Shown here piece after piece: positions 51,644 to 64,000 of a stretch of 64,000 nucleotides of DNA. The position numbers were made by a program, and so were the translations under genes. Under the pieces are notes generated by a model. The model had not been told where the DNA came from. It did not search any database and was given only the letters and a program-made list of their open reading frames with translations. This DNA comes from Kudoa neothunni (Eukaryota > Animalia > Cnidaria). The stretch lies in the NCBI GenBank assembly GCA_964304625.1, contig OZ199839.1, positions 8,728,221 through 8,792,220 on the forward strand. Reading direction: 5' to 3'. The first letter of the stretch is position 1, and each line of letters begins with the position of its first letter.

Positions 51644-52980
51644 CCTCCCGAGCGTCTTTGGTGTCCGTTGGACCCCAATGGATGTTTGAATCAATTTTAG
51701 AGAATCCTCTATTATATCAGTGGATTTAATATCATATCTATTCTCCTATAAATATGAGACCTATTAAAATATTACAGAAAATTTTAATTTGTACATTCAG
51801 GTCAAGAATTAATCAAAATATTTACACGTTCCTTCTTTTAGGGTTCAATTGACCCCACGTTTTTTCACCATTAAACAATAAAGAAAAATAATTTAAAACA
51901 ATTTTGAGAATTAAACAAAATTTTATCTAGAGAAAGCTGAGATAAATTGAAAAAACTATGCAATCGTTAAATACCGATCATTACCGACAAGTGAAATGCT
52001 GTCATAAATAGTTCTTAATATAATATTTTGAATGAAATTTAATCCAATATCAATGAATTTTATGATAACTTTTAATAATTTGGTTGTTAACATCATTCCA
52101 ATGTTTCTGAAGGTAATAAATGCTATCGAATTTTATACGGAGATAAGGATGGTGTTAATTGGTTTTCTGAGAAACTTCAAATAATTAAAAGCTCTAAACA
52201 AAATATTTTTCTAAATCTTAAAGTTCACATTCCCACACTTCAACCAGAATAAACTCCTTAGTTGATACGTTCCTCATATATTAAATTAAGTCTTTTTCCC
52301 AACTGTTAATTCAAGTACTAACAAGTCTGACAATTATAATTATCAGCATTATTTGAAGACTTGGTAAGCCAACAGTTGGTGTCTTATATTTTAATTCTTG
52401 TCTATATGTTAATTTTTAATTCTAAATTATAATCACTCAAATTTGTTTGTGGTGAATGATGCTATTATTGTTCAAGATCCCGAGACAAAAAAGCGAGGAC
52501 CTTTTTATGTTGACGTACCCAACTGTAATAAAAGCAATTCAAAAGTTGTTTGAGTGATATTTTATAACATTAAAAACTAAAATAATATAAACATCTCGTA
52601 TTTTACCTATTTTGGAACAATATGTATTGCTTGTTTTATTGGGCGTGATTATTAAGAAATTAATCATAAAGGAAATACTTTTTAGGATTTTCGTTAATGT
52701 GTAACGACATATATTTTTATTAAACCCCACAAAATCAAAAAATAAAGCTAAACTTGTTAAATTGGATGTTTCATTTAACCTTTTAGATGTTTCTACAATT
52801 ACAGTTAACAACCGCCGGTGTTATAATTGTGACATTTTTCAATATTTTACCGATAGTTTTCTCCCATGCTTTAGTAAATTACTTACTACATTTTTCTCAT
52901 AATCGAAGTAAAAAAATGGAGGTCCATTTTTTAACACAAAAGGAAGAAGGTGTAAAGTCGATTTTTGTGCGCTTGGAAGG
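51644..52980. mobile_element. piggyBac-like non-autonomous element with TTAA target-site duplication
   Basis: TTAA at 51640-51643 and 52981-52984. TIR CCTCCCGAGCG versus CCTTCCAAGCG (9/11). Subterminal GACCCCA motifs are shared with 8977-10170. Confidence 0.75.
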
Positions 52981-53299
52981 TTAAATAAGGACCAACATAT
53001 ATTTTACATCTCTAAGCATTAGGTTTAATGATAAATTAGCGAAAATAATAGGTCGCTGGCATTTGAAGAGACTATGCCGTTTCGTTTGCTTAAGGACAAA
53101 GTAGATTAATCCATTACAGCAAGTAACCAATTTCATCACTTTTAAAAAACCTATTTAGATGGAATATTGATTGTTGTTTGTTTATATAATATGTATCTTA
53201 TAAAAGTTTAATAAAAATTATTTTAAAAAGTTGATAAATTAATGTAACTAAAAGTCACGTGGTTAATTAATTTCACCCGCTTTTTTCGAGTACTTCTTG

Positions 53300-54104
53300 T
53301 TTATTATTTAGTTAAGCCAATATATAATGCCAAAAAACTCCTAGAACTATATCTCTTGCCGAAAATTACAATATTACTAATTATTAAGAAAGTCTCCAAT
53401 CTAATGATCCAAAAACTGACACTGTATCACGTTCAAAAATATCTATTATCTCGACTCTTAACTCTTAATGTCATCTTAGAGATGAAAATAGATAATAAAA
53501 ACCTATACGTGTTTTTAGAATTTATAAATAGAAATCATTCGTATGCAAAGTAATTCCATTCTGTCGAGGAAGATGTATATGAGTAGACACGATGCAAAAA
53601 GATTGTAGTAAACGTCCCAACAATAATCATCAAGAGAAATTAATTAGCCGACGAATAAGGTTTACCCTCATGTGCAATTCGTTGAGGGTTTCGTTGTTTT
53701 AAAGAAAAGTTCCAACATTAAAAATATCAAATTTTATTAGCTAATCTGCTGATGCTATGCCTAAACTACTTAAGAGTGGATCAATCACACCAGAAAGCTT
53801 TGCGAAGGATACCCTGAAAATTTTTATTTGCAATGTAGATGAAGCTATTTTATTCTACCGATAGCAACAAAATGAGTATTTAATAGTTTTCTAAAAAATA
53901 GTTTTTGCAATTAACACGTTTCTAGAGTTTTAATTCTTTTAGAAATTAATATATAATTTACTTAATTTTTAAACGAAACTTATCATTATTAAAGATCAAT
54001 TATTTCTTGAATAATTGTGCGCGGATACGTGAAATTGGACGCGACCAGTTTGACACACTTTTTTTGGCCTCGAGGGGATTGTGTAAAATTGGTTCCCTAC
54101 TGTA
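53300..54104 (+). mobile_element. pogo/Tigger-type transposon remnant
   Basis: Degenerate EGYPE..ICNVDEAILFYR (cf. GY.PEQIFNxDETxLFW) at about 53800-53860; right end ..GGTTCCCTACTG-TA. The left boundary is approximate. Confidence 0.55.
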
Positions 54105-55563
54105 TTATTAAACAAATGGATTGAAGTAATGTGAAAAAAAGTGTCCGAGATCATTGGCGAATGATATAATTGTAAACGTCAATACTTTTGCGTACTAACA
54201 ATTGTACTACAGTGAGAAACCAATTTTACGTAATCTTCTCGGGACTAAGAAAATTGTGCGTCAAATAAGTCATTTCCATTTGTAGGCGAATATGAGTGCA
54301 TATTTTTACAGAAAAATTTATTTTTACTAATGATTAAGGCGCCTATAAAACAGCTATTTAATAATATATTAGTTTATCAAAAATAATTAAAATCTTGAAC
54401 ATAGTTACCTGCAAAAACGACTACAGTTTAAGCTTGGACTTTAACCATAATCCATTTTAGAAATGTGTTCGAACTCCAAATAATTTTTTCTCGTGCAAAA
54501 TAATGAAAATTAATTTAATCCGTTACCGTGCATCAAATAAATGATTATTTGTATTCTTATTTATTAAAAACATTAATACCTTTTGATTATAAAATATAAC
54601 AAATAAATATAATAATAAAAATGAAATATAGAATAAATATTTTTCGATTGTCATACGATAGATTATAAAAGTTTCTCTTTCGATGATGGTCACACAATCT
54701 GATTGAGCGACGCTACTTCTAGAATTTCTTTTCTTCTCTGTTTTATGCTTCAACCGGATCTGTCCAGATTACCTTCTCTATGTTTGTTCGAATTCCGAGG
54801 TTGCATTGTATTTATAAAAAAACGAATTTGTTATTCATGCTTATTTGATATTTATTTATAGCATCTAGATTCTAGAATATCAATTATTCTTTTTATTTAG
54901 TAGTATTTTTACATTATGACGAATCTTAAAAAACGATTATATTTCCTCACATATTCAAAAGCTTCTTTGCAACTAAAAATATTCTTAGCCACTTATTTAT
55001 CCTTCATGGGTTTTTCATCATTGCCGGATAATTTTCTATCATCATTATTTATGCTTATTATAACTTAAATAATTTAACCAGCGTTAAAATTTCCTAATTT
55101 TTATCAATTTTTATTATTTCAATCGTTTTATCTGGTGTAAGATGATTATTAAAATCAAGAATTTTTCATAAATCCGTTTAATTTTAATATTTTGTATTAA
55201 AAATCAAAAGTTTATTTTGGATTTATTCTAGGTTAATGTACTAATTATGTAAATAATAATCCTTAATTATAAATTTAACAGCTGTAACAAATTACTCATA
55301 ATTACTCATATTTAGATAGAAAATATAAATTATGCCAACAAAAATTTGAATTAATCATGAAATTTTGGTTAATTATGGCTGAAACATCATGAGTAATAAT
55401 CTCAATCTTACAAAAATTATTGTATTTTTTGCTATTTTCTTAACCAACACAATTTTGAGTAATTTATATATGCTAAAAATTGAAAATTATATATATTAAA
55501 AATTTAGAAAAAAAACGCAGAAATTTGGAAAAGAAAGATAAAAATAAGTTGAGTCTATTTCAA

Positions 55564-57098
55564 CTAGTAAGATACCGGCACTAATTCGGTAAATCTCTTT
55601 ACAAGATGTCTAAGCGTGGTCATTGTATGCTTATTAGAAAGAATATCGTTGTGATGCATAAATTTAAAGATGAAGAGAGAATTGGTGTTCAACCAATTTC
55701 GTTTCATGAGTGGATAACAGCTTAGAAGTTCATCATAACAGAGGATTTTATCACCATATTGCGTTGGTTCGGTGTAGAAAACGGTGACGAAGCTAGCGTT
55801 GAAAATGTTTAAACTAGTTACAGTACTAATTCCGATAGACATGAGACAAGAGAATGGAACTCCTATCTCGGATTGATTGTTCATCCAAATGTCTGAAATA
55901 TTTAAATTATTCATTATATTAAACAGTTTTTCATCGTGAGCTTTCTGAAGTACGGTGGAGTTCTTCAATGACCACTTTTTGGTAAATCTTTCGAAATATA
56001 TCTAATATTATTTTTAAATTTTAGTTCGACATAAACTTTAAGGGAAATTTTAATACCTTATCTTCACCAAAATATGACATGCTTGGATAGAGGAATCTCG
56101 TTGTAGGAAATGTCAAAATAATTTCATTTATTTTCATTTCAGGTGGTAACCTCCAATTTCCCATAGGGTCACCATATACGGATGTCACATATGCGGCAAA
56201 TGCACCACCAAAAGGTGCAGATATGCTCAACCAATTCTTGATGTACTTATTTTTCCATTGCTGAGTTTTATTTTGGAAAAATAAGTTCAAAACAACTCCA
56301 CCCAAGCCGTGTGTGATTATGCTCACTTTAAGGCCGATTTCCTCATATAGACGTTCGATTTCGTTGGTGAGGGATTGAAAATAATAGCCCAAGTGTGGTT
56401 CAACTTTAGGAGAATTTGAGATGAAACATATATCTTATTTTTGAGAATTTATTACTAGCAATCAATCTGAAATCAAACGGAGCTCCTCTAATGTCGTAAT
56501 CACGTTGATATCCATTTTTGACCATGTATTCGATAAATGGACCCCAATAGCTTTTAAACCAGGTTGGAGGAATTTCTGCTGGATGTTCAACTGAAGAAAC
56601 TCTGCCAAATTCGCCGGTTTCAATGACGACTCCTTCTGGATTTTCCATGATGTTCTTCTCTTGGTTATATTGAAGTCTGGCCAAATTAAATCATTAATAG
56701 AACATCAACTGAAATACTTTAACAGGTATGCACGACAATCAGGTGATAATTCGTCGTTTACACTGAGCCAAAGTAAGGTTTTATTGGTTTTTGCTGGACA
56801 ACCGTACCGAATTAGAGTTTCTGAGTCATACGTAACATAGAGCCTGCTTGTCATAAATCCTGGGACTAGAATTTCGATTTCCAATAATCACATCAGTAAG
56901 CGATAATTTAATAATACCCAACAAAATCGGAGATTTTGTGCGGCATGAAATTCTTGTTTTATTTTGTTGGCATGGTTTACCACCCCATATATGTGAAATC
57001 CAATCTGACGAACAAATAATCAACAAAGACAAACACAAACCTAAACCATAGCATTATCATCATGTAGAATATTTAGCGTAGATACAAGACTTTGTCAT
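55564..57098 (-). CDS. PLA2G15/LCAT-like paralog with the catalytic Ser replaced by Gly
   Basis: ATG 57098 (13-nt first exon, intron 57085-57041); SPILLVPGFMTSRL; GYQRDYDIRGAPFDFR; ITHGLGG; SAPFGGA; YGDKIL; HHNDIL. The four downstream introns sit at the same positions as in 47639-49050. Confidence 0.88.
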
Positions 57099-59097
57099 TT
57101 TTATTACTGATGATTGGATTTGGTCGGTGTTTCGAGATTTAATAGTTAATTTTTATCAGTTGATGTCAACTTTTAAGATACGTTTAGAATGATTAGATTT
57201 TTAAAATATTCCACGTAAAATCTCAATTATTTATTTATACGAATAATAAGAAATCAATTATATTAAAAATGAAAAAAAATATATCCATCAATATCTTTAA
57301 TACATAAAATGGGTTATTTATTAGAAAAAATAAATTGATTAAAAGATATGAATAAATTTAATCATTAGATCGAGGAAATATTGTCGATAAACGTTGATAA
57401 AATAAAATAGTCATCTAGTCAACTAGTCTATAAATATTTACTTTAGTTTTTGGTGAAAAATGAAATTAAACAAAAATATAATAAATCATTATTTAGAGTA
57501 TTTATTCAACGATTAAATTTATATTTTACTGATTTCGATACACATGCGTTAAATAGGTTTTTATATTTTCTATAGATTATATTTCTTACGGTATCATTGC
57601 AGATCGTTAAAGTTCACTATCGCAATTATCTCTCGACTGTCGAATGAATACAAATACATTCTAACAAAGTATAATCCAGAAATCGCACCTACTTCATTTC
57701 ACTGACGGAGTGGAATATCTACTCATTAAATAATCTATTCAGATAAATCATATTGATATATTTATTTAAAATTGCCGAATAATAGGTATATGATCGGTTA
57801 ACATTAAATGGACCTGTCATATTGATCAAAATAAATAAATTTAAATGTCAATAAAATCAAACAAGTATATTGGTAGGGAATCGAATCTAATTGATTGCAA
57901 TTAACCAAATAATAATTTCTTATTGGTTTTTATATGGCGATAGCTTATCAGAACCAAAATAAATTGCCGCTAGTATTGCATTAAAATTTCGGACAGTATG
58001 TTTTCTAACTTCAGTCGGTGATAACCAGAAAGTATTACATTACTAAATTAAATTAAAAGAACAATGATAAAAAACATTTAACAGCGTCTTGCGGCAGAAA
58101 AGAAAATGTGTTGAAATTATTGTAAACTTCCTACAAAATAATCCCCCAGCATCATAATTCATGGGTAAAATTCTACAGGGAAAACTTAGTGATATATTCA
58201 GAAATATGGCTAAAGTACGGTAATAGCGGGGAAAGTCGGGGCAATCGCTTCTCTTCCCCCGCTAATAATGGATTATTCTACAATTGCAACTGATGATACC
58301 TTTATAGATGTATTTAGTCTAAAAAAATACCAACCCAAATTAATACAATGACGTATGGGTCGTGCGTAATGGTTTTAATTACGCACGACATGTAACTTTT
58401 GCGCATGAGAAAGTACACAAAAAATTTAAAAATTAGGTAATATTTTGACCAACTAGCATACTTATTTAGTTTAATATTTGAAGATTCATAAAAAATGTAG
58501 TATGCGAAATGCGAAATCTTTTTATTAAATCATAAACCAACTAATAAATACAGGTGTTGATTTTGAGGCATCATTAGGAATTCATTAGCTTTATTAATAA
58601 AAACATATTGAGAATCTACTATTTTTTTGCTCTCATCAGTACAATGCACTCTTCCATTTGTAGATCAAAGTCCATATTTTCTCCTTTTAAGAGTTTTGAT
58701 TACTTTTGAATTAAACAATCGTAATAATATTAAAACAGCCAGTTTAAATAATTATGATAGTATTCAAAGCAGATCTTATTTTTACATCAAAGATCTTCAT
58801 TATTTCAAATTTAGCGTTTGATTTATTCATTACTTGTTGATAATATTTTATAGTTTAAACTTATGGGATAGAGTTGGAATTTTTTTACCACCTGTTGACG
58901 CATAAGCTATTATCTTCATAATTAGGAAAAAAGATCATTTAGCTCGACACATAAAATCCATAAAAACAATTGATATTTTAATTGTTCTAAAGTCAAATCA
59001 AAGAAATATGTTACTTTTGTTATAAAGTTTACAGAGTAAAAATTAAATTTTCGCTATATTCATTAATTTAATTTTTATTGCGATATTACGTACCACC

Positions 59098-60000
59098 TAG
59101 AGTGGCACACTGCCCGACGTCGGACAAAAATAAATTGGATTAGGACAAAGGCTAGTCGAACCAGCGTTGTCAATGTGTCCAAGTGGACGATAGGACACGC
59201 GGAAATAATGCCAGCCCTAAGTATTCCGATTATTTAGATTAAAATTCAAAATAATGCAATTTAAAAAATTTACAGAAGTTTCTTACTGCAAAGAATATTG
59301 GGTTAGTTGAGAACACAAATTCTGCCGATCTCCATCTCTGGAAAAACATCTCATTAAATAGAAACGACTGCATTTACAAATCTCACACTATATTTAAATA
59401 TGCTATCAAACTTTCATCTTTAGAGGCTGAAGAGTTCTAAATTGGTATAAATAATCTAAAATTTCATATATGCCCAATTTTAAACAGACAGATGAGTGTT
59501 GAACAGGTTACGAAGCCTTAGGTTACGCATAACACTGACTACAAGAACTAGTTGAAAGAGACGACTGCAGATTTTTATGGTCAATGATTATCATTCTTCA
59601 CGAACTGTAGATCAGTGTGGACTAAAAGAAATAAATTATCTGAGAGTAGGATATGGATCACTTTATCAAAAAATTGATGTTCGTGAGACATGGAGTGAAA
59701 GGGTGGTTATGCCAAGTTATATTCAAATGATTTATATGGCACATTCTTGACCGATTGAAATAAATGAATTTTCATTACAAATTTTAGAGGGTTTATAGGG
59801 CAAATTCGTTTCTAAATTAACAACGGCACATAGTACCGCACCTGACTTTCATCCTAATTATAAAAAATATGAATGTTTAAAATGGTTTACACTTAATAAT
59901 GAAGTTAAAAATGCAGTTATAGATGTATTATCCACAATTTTAGATTTTTTCAAAAAAGAAGACTCACGGTTATTATTGATACTTTTTTGCTATCGTCGAA
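59098..60000 (+). mobile_element. Short hAT-like inverted-repeat element followed by a possible decayed hAT transposase
   Basis: TAGAGTGGCA..TGCCAGCCCTA inverted ends (59098-59219) with no convincing target-site duplication. Weak Hermes-like peptide fragments at about 59575-59690. Confidence 0.3.
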
Positions 60001-60339
60001 AATCGCACGTATAGGGAAGAAATACGAAATTATTTAAACGAATCTGTTTCAAAAATATATGGTGTTCCTATAATTTATTGCGCTCATTCTAACCTCAAAC
60101 ATCTCGCGAAGTCAATTTATTCTATCCCAGTGAGTTCTGCGGGATGTAAAAGACATGCCTCAAGGGCTGAATTAATGTCACAAAATATCCGCAATCGCTT
60201 AAAGCCATGACATTCTGAGGAGTTAGTTTTTCTCAGAGATTATAACTCCTCTAAATTGTTATAATAGTTGTTAAACCAAATTAAACGTATGAAGTTTTTT
60301 TAAAGACAACGTCACGCTTAGTTGTTTCTATATGGATTT

Positions 60340-61256
60340 GCTGGGGTCGGACGCGGACAATTTTTTTAAATAATATGTCGGACACGGATAAAATTTATTG
60401 AACGTTGTGCCATCCTGATACGACCCATAAGTCATTGTATTCTTATTGCAAAGATTTGGTTTATTGCCAAAAATTCGCTCTTGTGAAACCTGTCATTCAG
60501 ATATGCTACTCAGACCAGAAAGTAATATTGACTCATTTATGTTCCGTTATTATAAATGTAATAAAAAGACATCACTCAGAAAAGGGACGTTTTTTGAGGG
60601 GGAAGTGTACGTTATGGAAAATTTTTTGTATGATTTTTGCAAGCGTTAATGATATTTATATGAATTTTGATACTATAATGAGACAATTGAAGATCTGCTC
60701 AAGAGAAACAGTTTGTAGCTGGAAAAATTAGATACGTAAAATTAACATGGATTATCTTAATATCGAGAGTCCTTCAATTGGTGGCCCAGGTATATTGTGC
60801 AAATACTATTGTGGTAGACTGCTTATGAATCAAAATGAGTGGGTAATTGGAGGAATCGATGAAGATGAAAATATATTTCAACTGTTGACTGAGGTTAGAA
60901 ATCAAGCCACATTGGAAACGATTATCTCTCAATATGTCTTAGAGGGGTCCACCATTTGGACCGATTTGTGTGGTGGCTACAATAATCTAAGAATGAGGGG
61001 CTATTATCATGATGAAGCTAATCATAGTATTGAATTTAAAACGTCTGATGGAGAAAATATGAACAAAATTTGGGCAATTTGGGGTGATCTCAAACGCAAG
61101 TTCTATTATATAGCTAACAGAAAATCAGAATTAATGCGTTCCTACTTGGCCGAATACCAATTTAAAAAAATATTAAAAATGATGGACTTTCAAAATATAT
61201 ATCTGTTATTAACCAAGTTTATTTACATTCATAAATATGCTTCTTTTATTCTATGA
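60340..61256 (+). mobile_element. Merlin (IS1595/ISXO2-like DDE) transposase pseudogene
   Basis: GLL..CETC..M..CNKKTSLRKGTFFEG; IGGPG; KYYCGR; WVIGGI; RNQATLETIISQYVLEGSTIWTD..GYNNL; NHSIEF. Frameshifts and an in-frame stop are present; TIRs were not resolved. Confidence 0.9.
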
Positions 61257-64000
61257 ACCTCTAGCTGAATGCTCGCGAAATATATCGATTTCCGTTGCTA
61301 TACCGTATTTTGACCCAGAAATGTAATGGTATGGTGGTTCTATTCGGAAGAAATTTATAGTCGAACGCAACCAATTCTTAGTAAATCCTTTTATAGCAGG
61401 CAAAAAAGTATAAAGTTGATACTCTGGATATAACGTTTTCCCCTCGTATTTGTTGAACTTTTTATAACTATTATTTTCCTGATAAAAGTAATGACCGGTA
61501 GTGGATCCGCCCCAACCTGCAGATATTTCAAACTGATACTTATCAAGTTTTATGCTTTGAAGCAGGGTGTGCCATTTTGTTTCTTCGAGGGTCGGATTAT
61601 CGTATTATTCATAGTCAGCGGGTCGAATTATTATGGAGAGAATATATTAAACCAAGTAGGTCTAAAAAATTGTTTCAACAAATATTTTTTTATTAAAATA
61701 AATTAAACCTAACCTTGCTTAAAATTTACATATAATTAAAATTTTATTTTTTCAGTAGCGCACAGGTATAGTGGAAAATAAACAAAATATAGCGGATATT
61801 TATGTACATGTTAGTCGATATTAGTCTGGCTTTTACAAATTTTTAGGGGAACTAGCAACGTAATATACCAAAAATAGATGAATTTTATAGTAAATTTGGT
61901 GTTGTACCTCGACGGCAAGGAGAATCAACACGGTGGGACGGACGAAACGTCTTGGAAGCCTTACTATATCCATCCCTGGATTATGGGTTTAAAACCCGAA
62001 ACTTTACTTTAGGTGCCATATTGAGGATTGTACGCATTAAATCGCACGGTCGACGTTATTTCTGGGATTTCGTTAACTATATTTGTACCTTTTTTTTAAT
62101 AAATTTCTTAATTTAATTATTGAAATTTTTGTGTTAATTTTTAAAGTTAAGAAAATTTAGATCAGTAAATATTAATTAAGATTCGAGAAAATGAGTTTTC
62201 AATCGGCTAATAGGACAGGACTAAGCATCAAAAAAACAATTTTTTCACATCGTGTTTGTGTTTGGTCTCTCACTAATGTTAATAACAAAATTAAAGAATG
62301 TCGAGCGCACATAATAAGCTAATTATGATAATTTCTACTTTTGCTACCGAATCCCGAATACAACACAGTCTGCACACGTGAAATATTCGTTAAATTGTCA
62401 AAAACCAATAATAATAATAATAATAATACATTCTTTTGTCAATAAATTAACTTCCAAGTGATTAATAATTTCTAAAAACATTTTTAATAAAATTTCATTC
62501 CCAGAATTTTTGATCCAAGCATTTTAAGTAACTTTCCATATGTTGTTATAAATTATCTACTCAATCATTTTTACAAATCTGCTATAAAATTGTTAAAAGT
62601 ATGAAACAATAAAATAATATATTTTTTAGTTTTTATATTTTTTTGGTTAAATTATTTACGTTAGAACAAAAGTTATAATCGTTTTATCATTCTAATCTTT
62701 TCATAAAAATTTTATAATGATCAAATGATTATCCTTTTGATTTCGTCATACTGGAAAATTGTTTAACAAAATTTAATGTCAAATAATTTTTTCAGATTCG
62801 TATCTTAAAATAGTTAATTATATCCAATAAAAAGATGCGTAACATATAATACATTGGTTACATGATTTTTGGACACATACAATTTGCAAATGGCTTTATC
62901 TAATTTTTTTAATATTTTTGCCAATTTATTATCATGTTTTAAATTATCTGTTTCGTAATGTTTGTAATTTATATATTTTAATTGGTTAATCGAAAGGATC
63001 AGCGTATTCTTGGATATAGTTTTAAGGAATTTTGCAATGCAGCATATTCTCAATCCTTGGACAAAAGTTGAACATTTTGCATTAGTATATATCCAGTAAA
63101 TGTAGATGTATAATAATTTAATTAATCCCACAAAATTCAGATAATCACCTCATTCTCGACATTTCGAGTAATATCGGAAATTTTCGCACATCAAGACTAT
63201 TTAATACTCGCATTTTTAAGCACGTTTGATGCGTCCTCCTGGAATATTCTCGATGCGAAAATTGTTGCAATAATGGTATTCTACTACTCATTGAAGAAGA
63301 TCAGCTTTATGTAAAAAAATAGGACAATTTTCAACTCATATTTACTAAAGATGGAGACGAAACCTCCCAAATTGACTCTGTTGTTCGCATATGAGGCAAC
63401 AGACCTTTTAAATATAGAACCACAAATGACAATGACATCTCATTAACCATAATAAGTTATATCTCTTGTTTAAATTTAAACCAATGTTAACATTAACACT
63501 TAGTTAATTTTATTTACATCGTTTTTAATTAAAATATCGTCTCATTAATTCATAGTTAAAATTAATATCGTTCGCTTTAGCGCCCAAATTAAACCATGAC
63601 ATTTTATTCGTTTATACACGAACATCAACGAATACACAAAAATGCATTGATTGATATAATGTTTGATTTCTAGAATTTATACAAATTACTTTTAAAAGAC
63701 ATTAATAAAACCTTTCATGTCGTTTGGAATATTAGAATGATAATTTAAGAGAAGTCGGTTACCTACTGTATAAATTTAATGATCGAGATAATCTCTTTTA
63801 TGCAATGGCGCTGGCACGATAATTAATCCGGATTACTGTATCTAAAGTTATTAATAGTCATATATGGAACTTTTAAAGTACATTTATCATGTTAATCATA
63901 GCAATAAAATTCTATGAACAGACACATTCACGCATACGTTAACCAAATAACTAATTTATATGAAAGCTTGATGGCATTTTTAAATTAACGTTTGATTAGA

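Noticed and set aside
61900-61960. Hammerhead-like GACGAAAC
   Set aside because: No CTGANGA core or supporting stems were found.

Overview
This is AT-rich eukaryotic (animal) nuclear DNA with very short GT-AG introns, mostly about 41-70 nt. An integrin beta subunit, fast-evolving housekeeping genes and tiny introns suggest a reduced parasitic metazoan such as a myxozoan; this is inference and was not tested. I reconstructed eleven spliced genes by hand: two paralogous Cys-rich type I surface proteins with FN3-like repeats (1477-4353 +, 40623-43706 -), BUB3, CTU1, a FAM210-like gene, TAF1B, NFRKB, a degenerate integrin beta, GPAT3/4 and two PLA2G15/LCAT-like paralogs. Between them lie decayed piggyBac, hAT, pogo/Tigger and Merlin elements, MITEs, a 136-bp tandem repeat and an 11-bp satellite. 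The strongest leads are: (1) two nested G|GT..AG|TAAAT..AG intervening sequences that keep frame as [D1,2] spliceosomal twin introns (stwintrons); (2) two same-strand gene pairs only 46-50 nt apart, each gap carrying a U-tract, TTCGCGCA and an AG just before the ATG, which is operon/trans-splicing-like; (3) a tandem repeat that multiplied a CTU1 splice acceptor; (4) about ten +1 homopolymer frameshifts in an otherwise intact GPAT gene; (5) a MIDAS-less integrin beta and a Ser-to-Gly pseudo-phospholipase. All gene models are manual, family assignments come from recalled motifs, and no database search was run.
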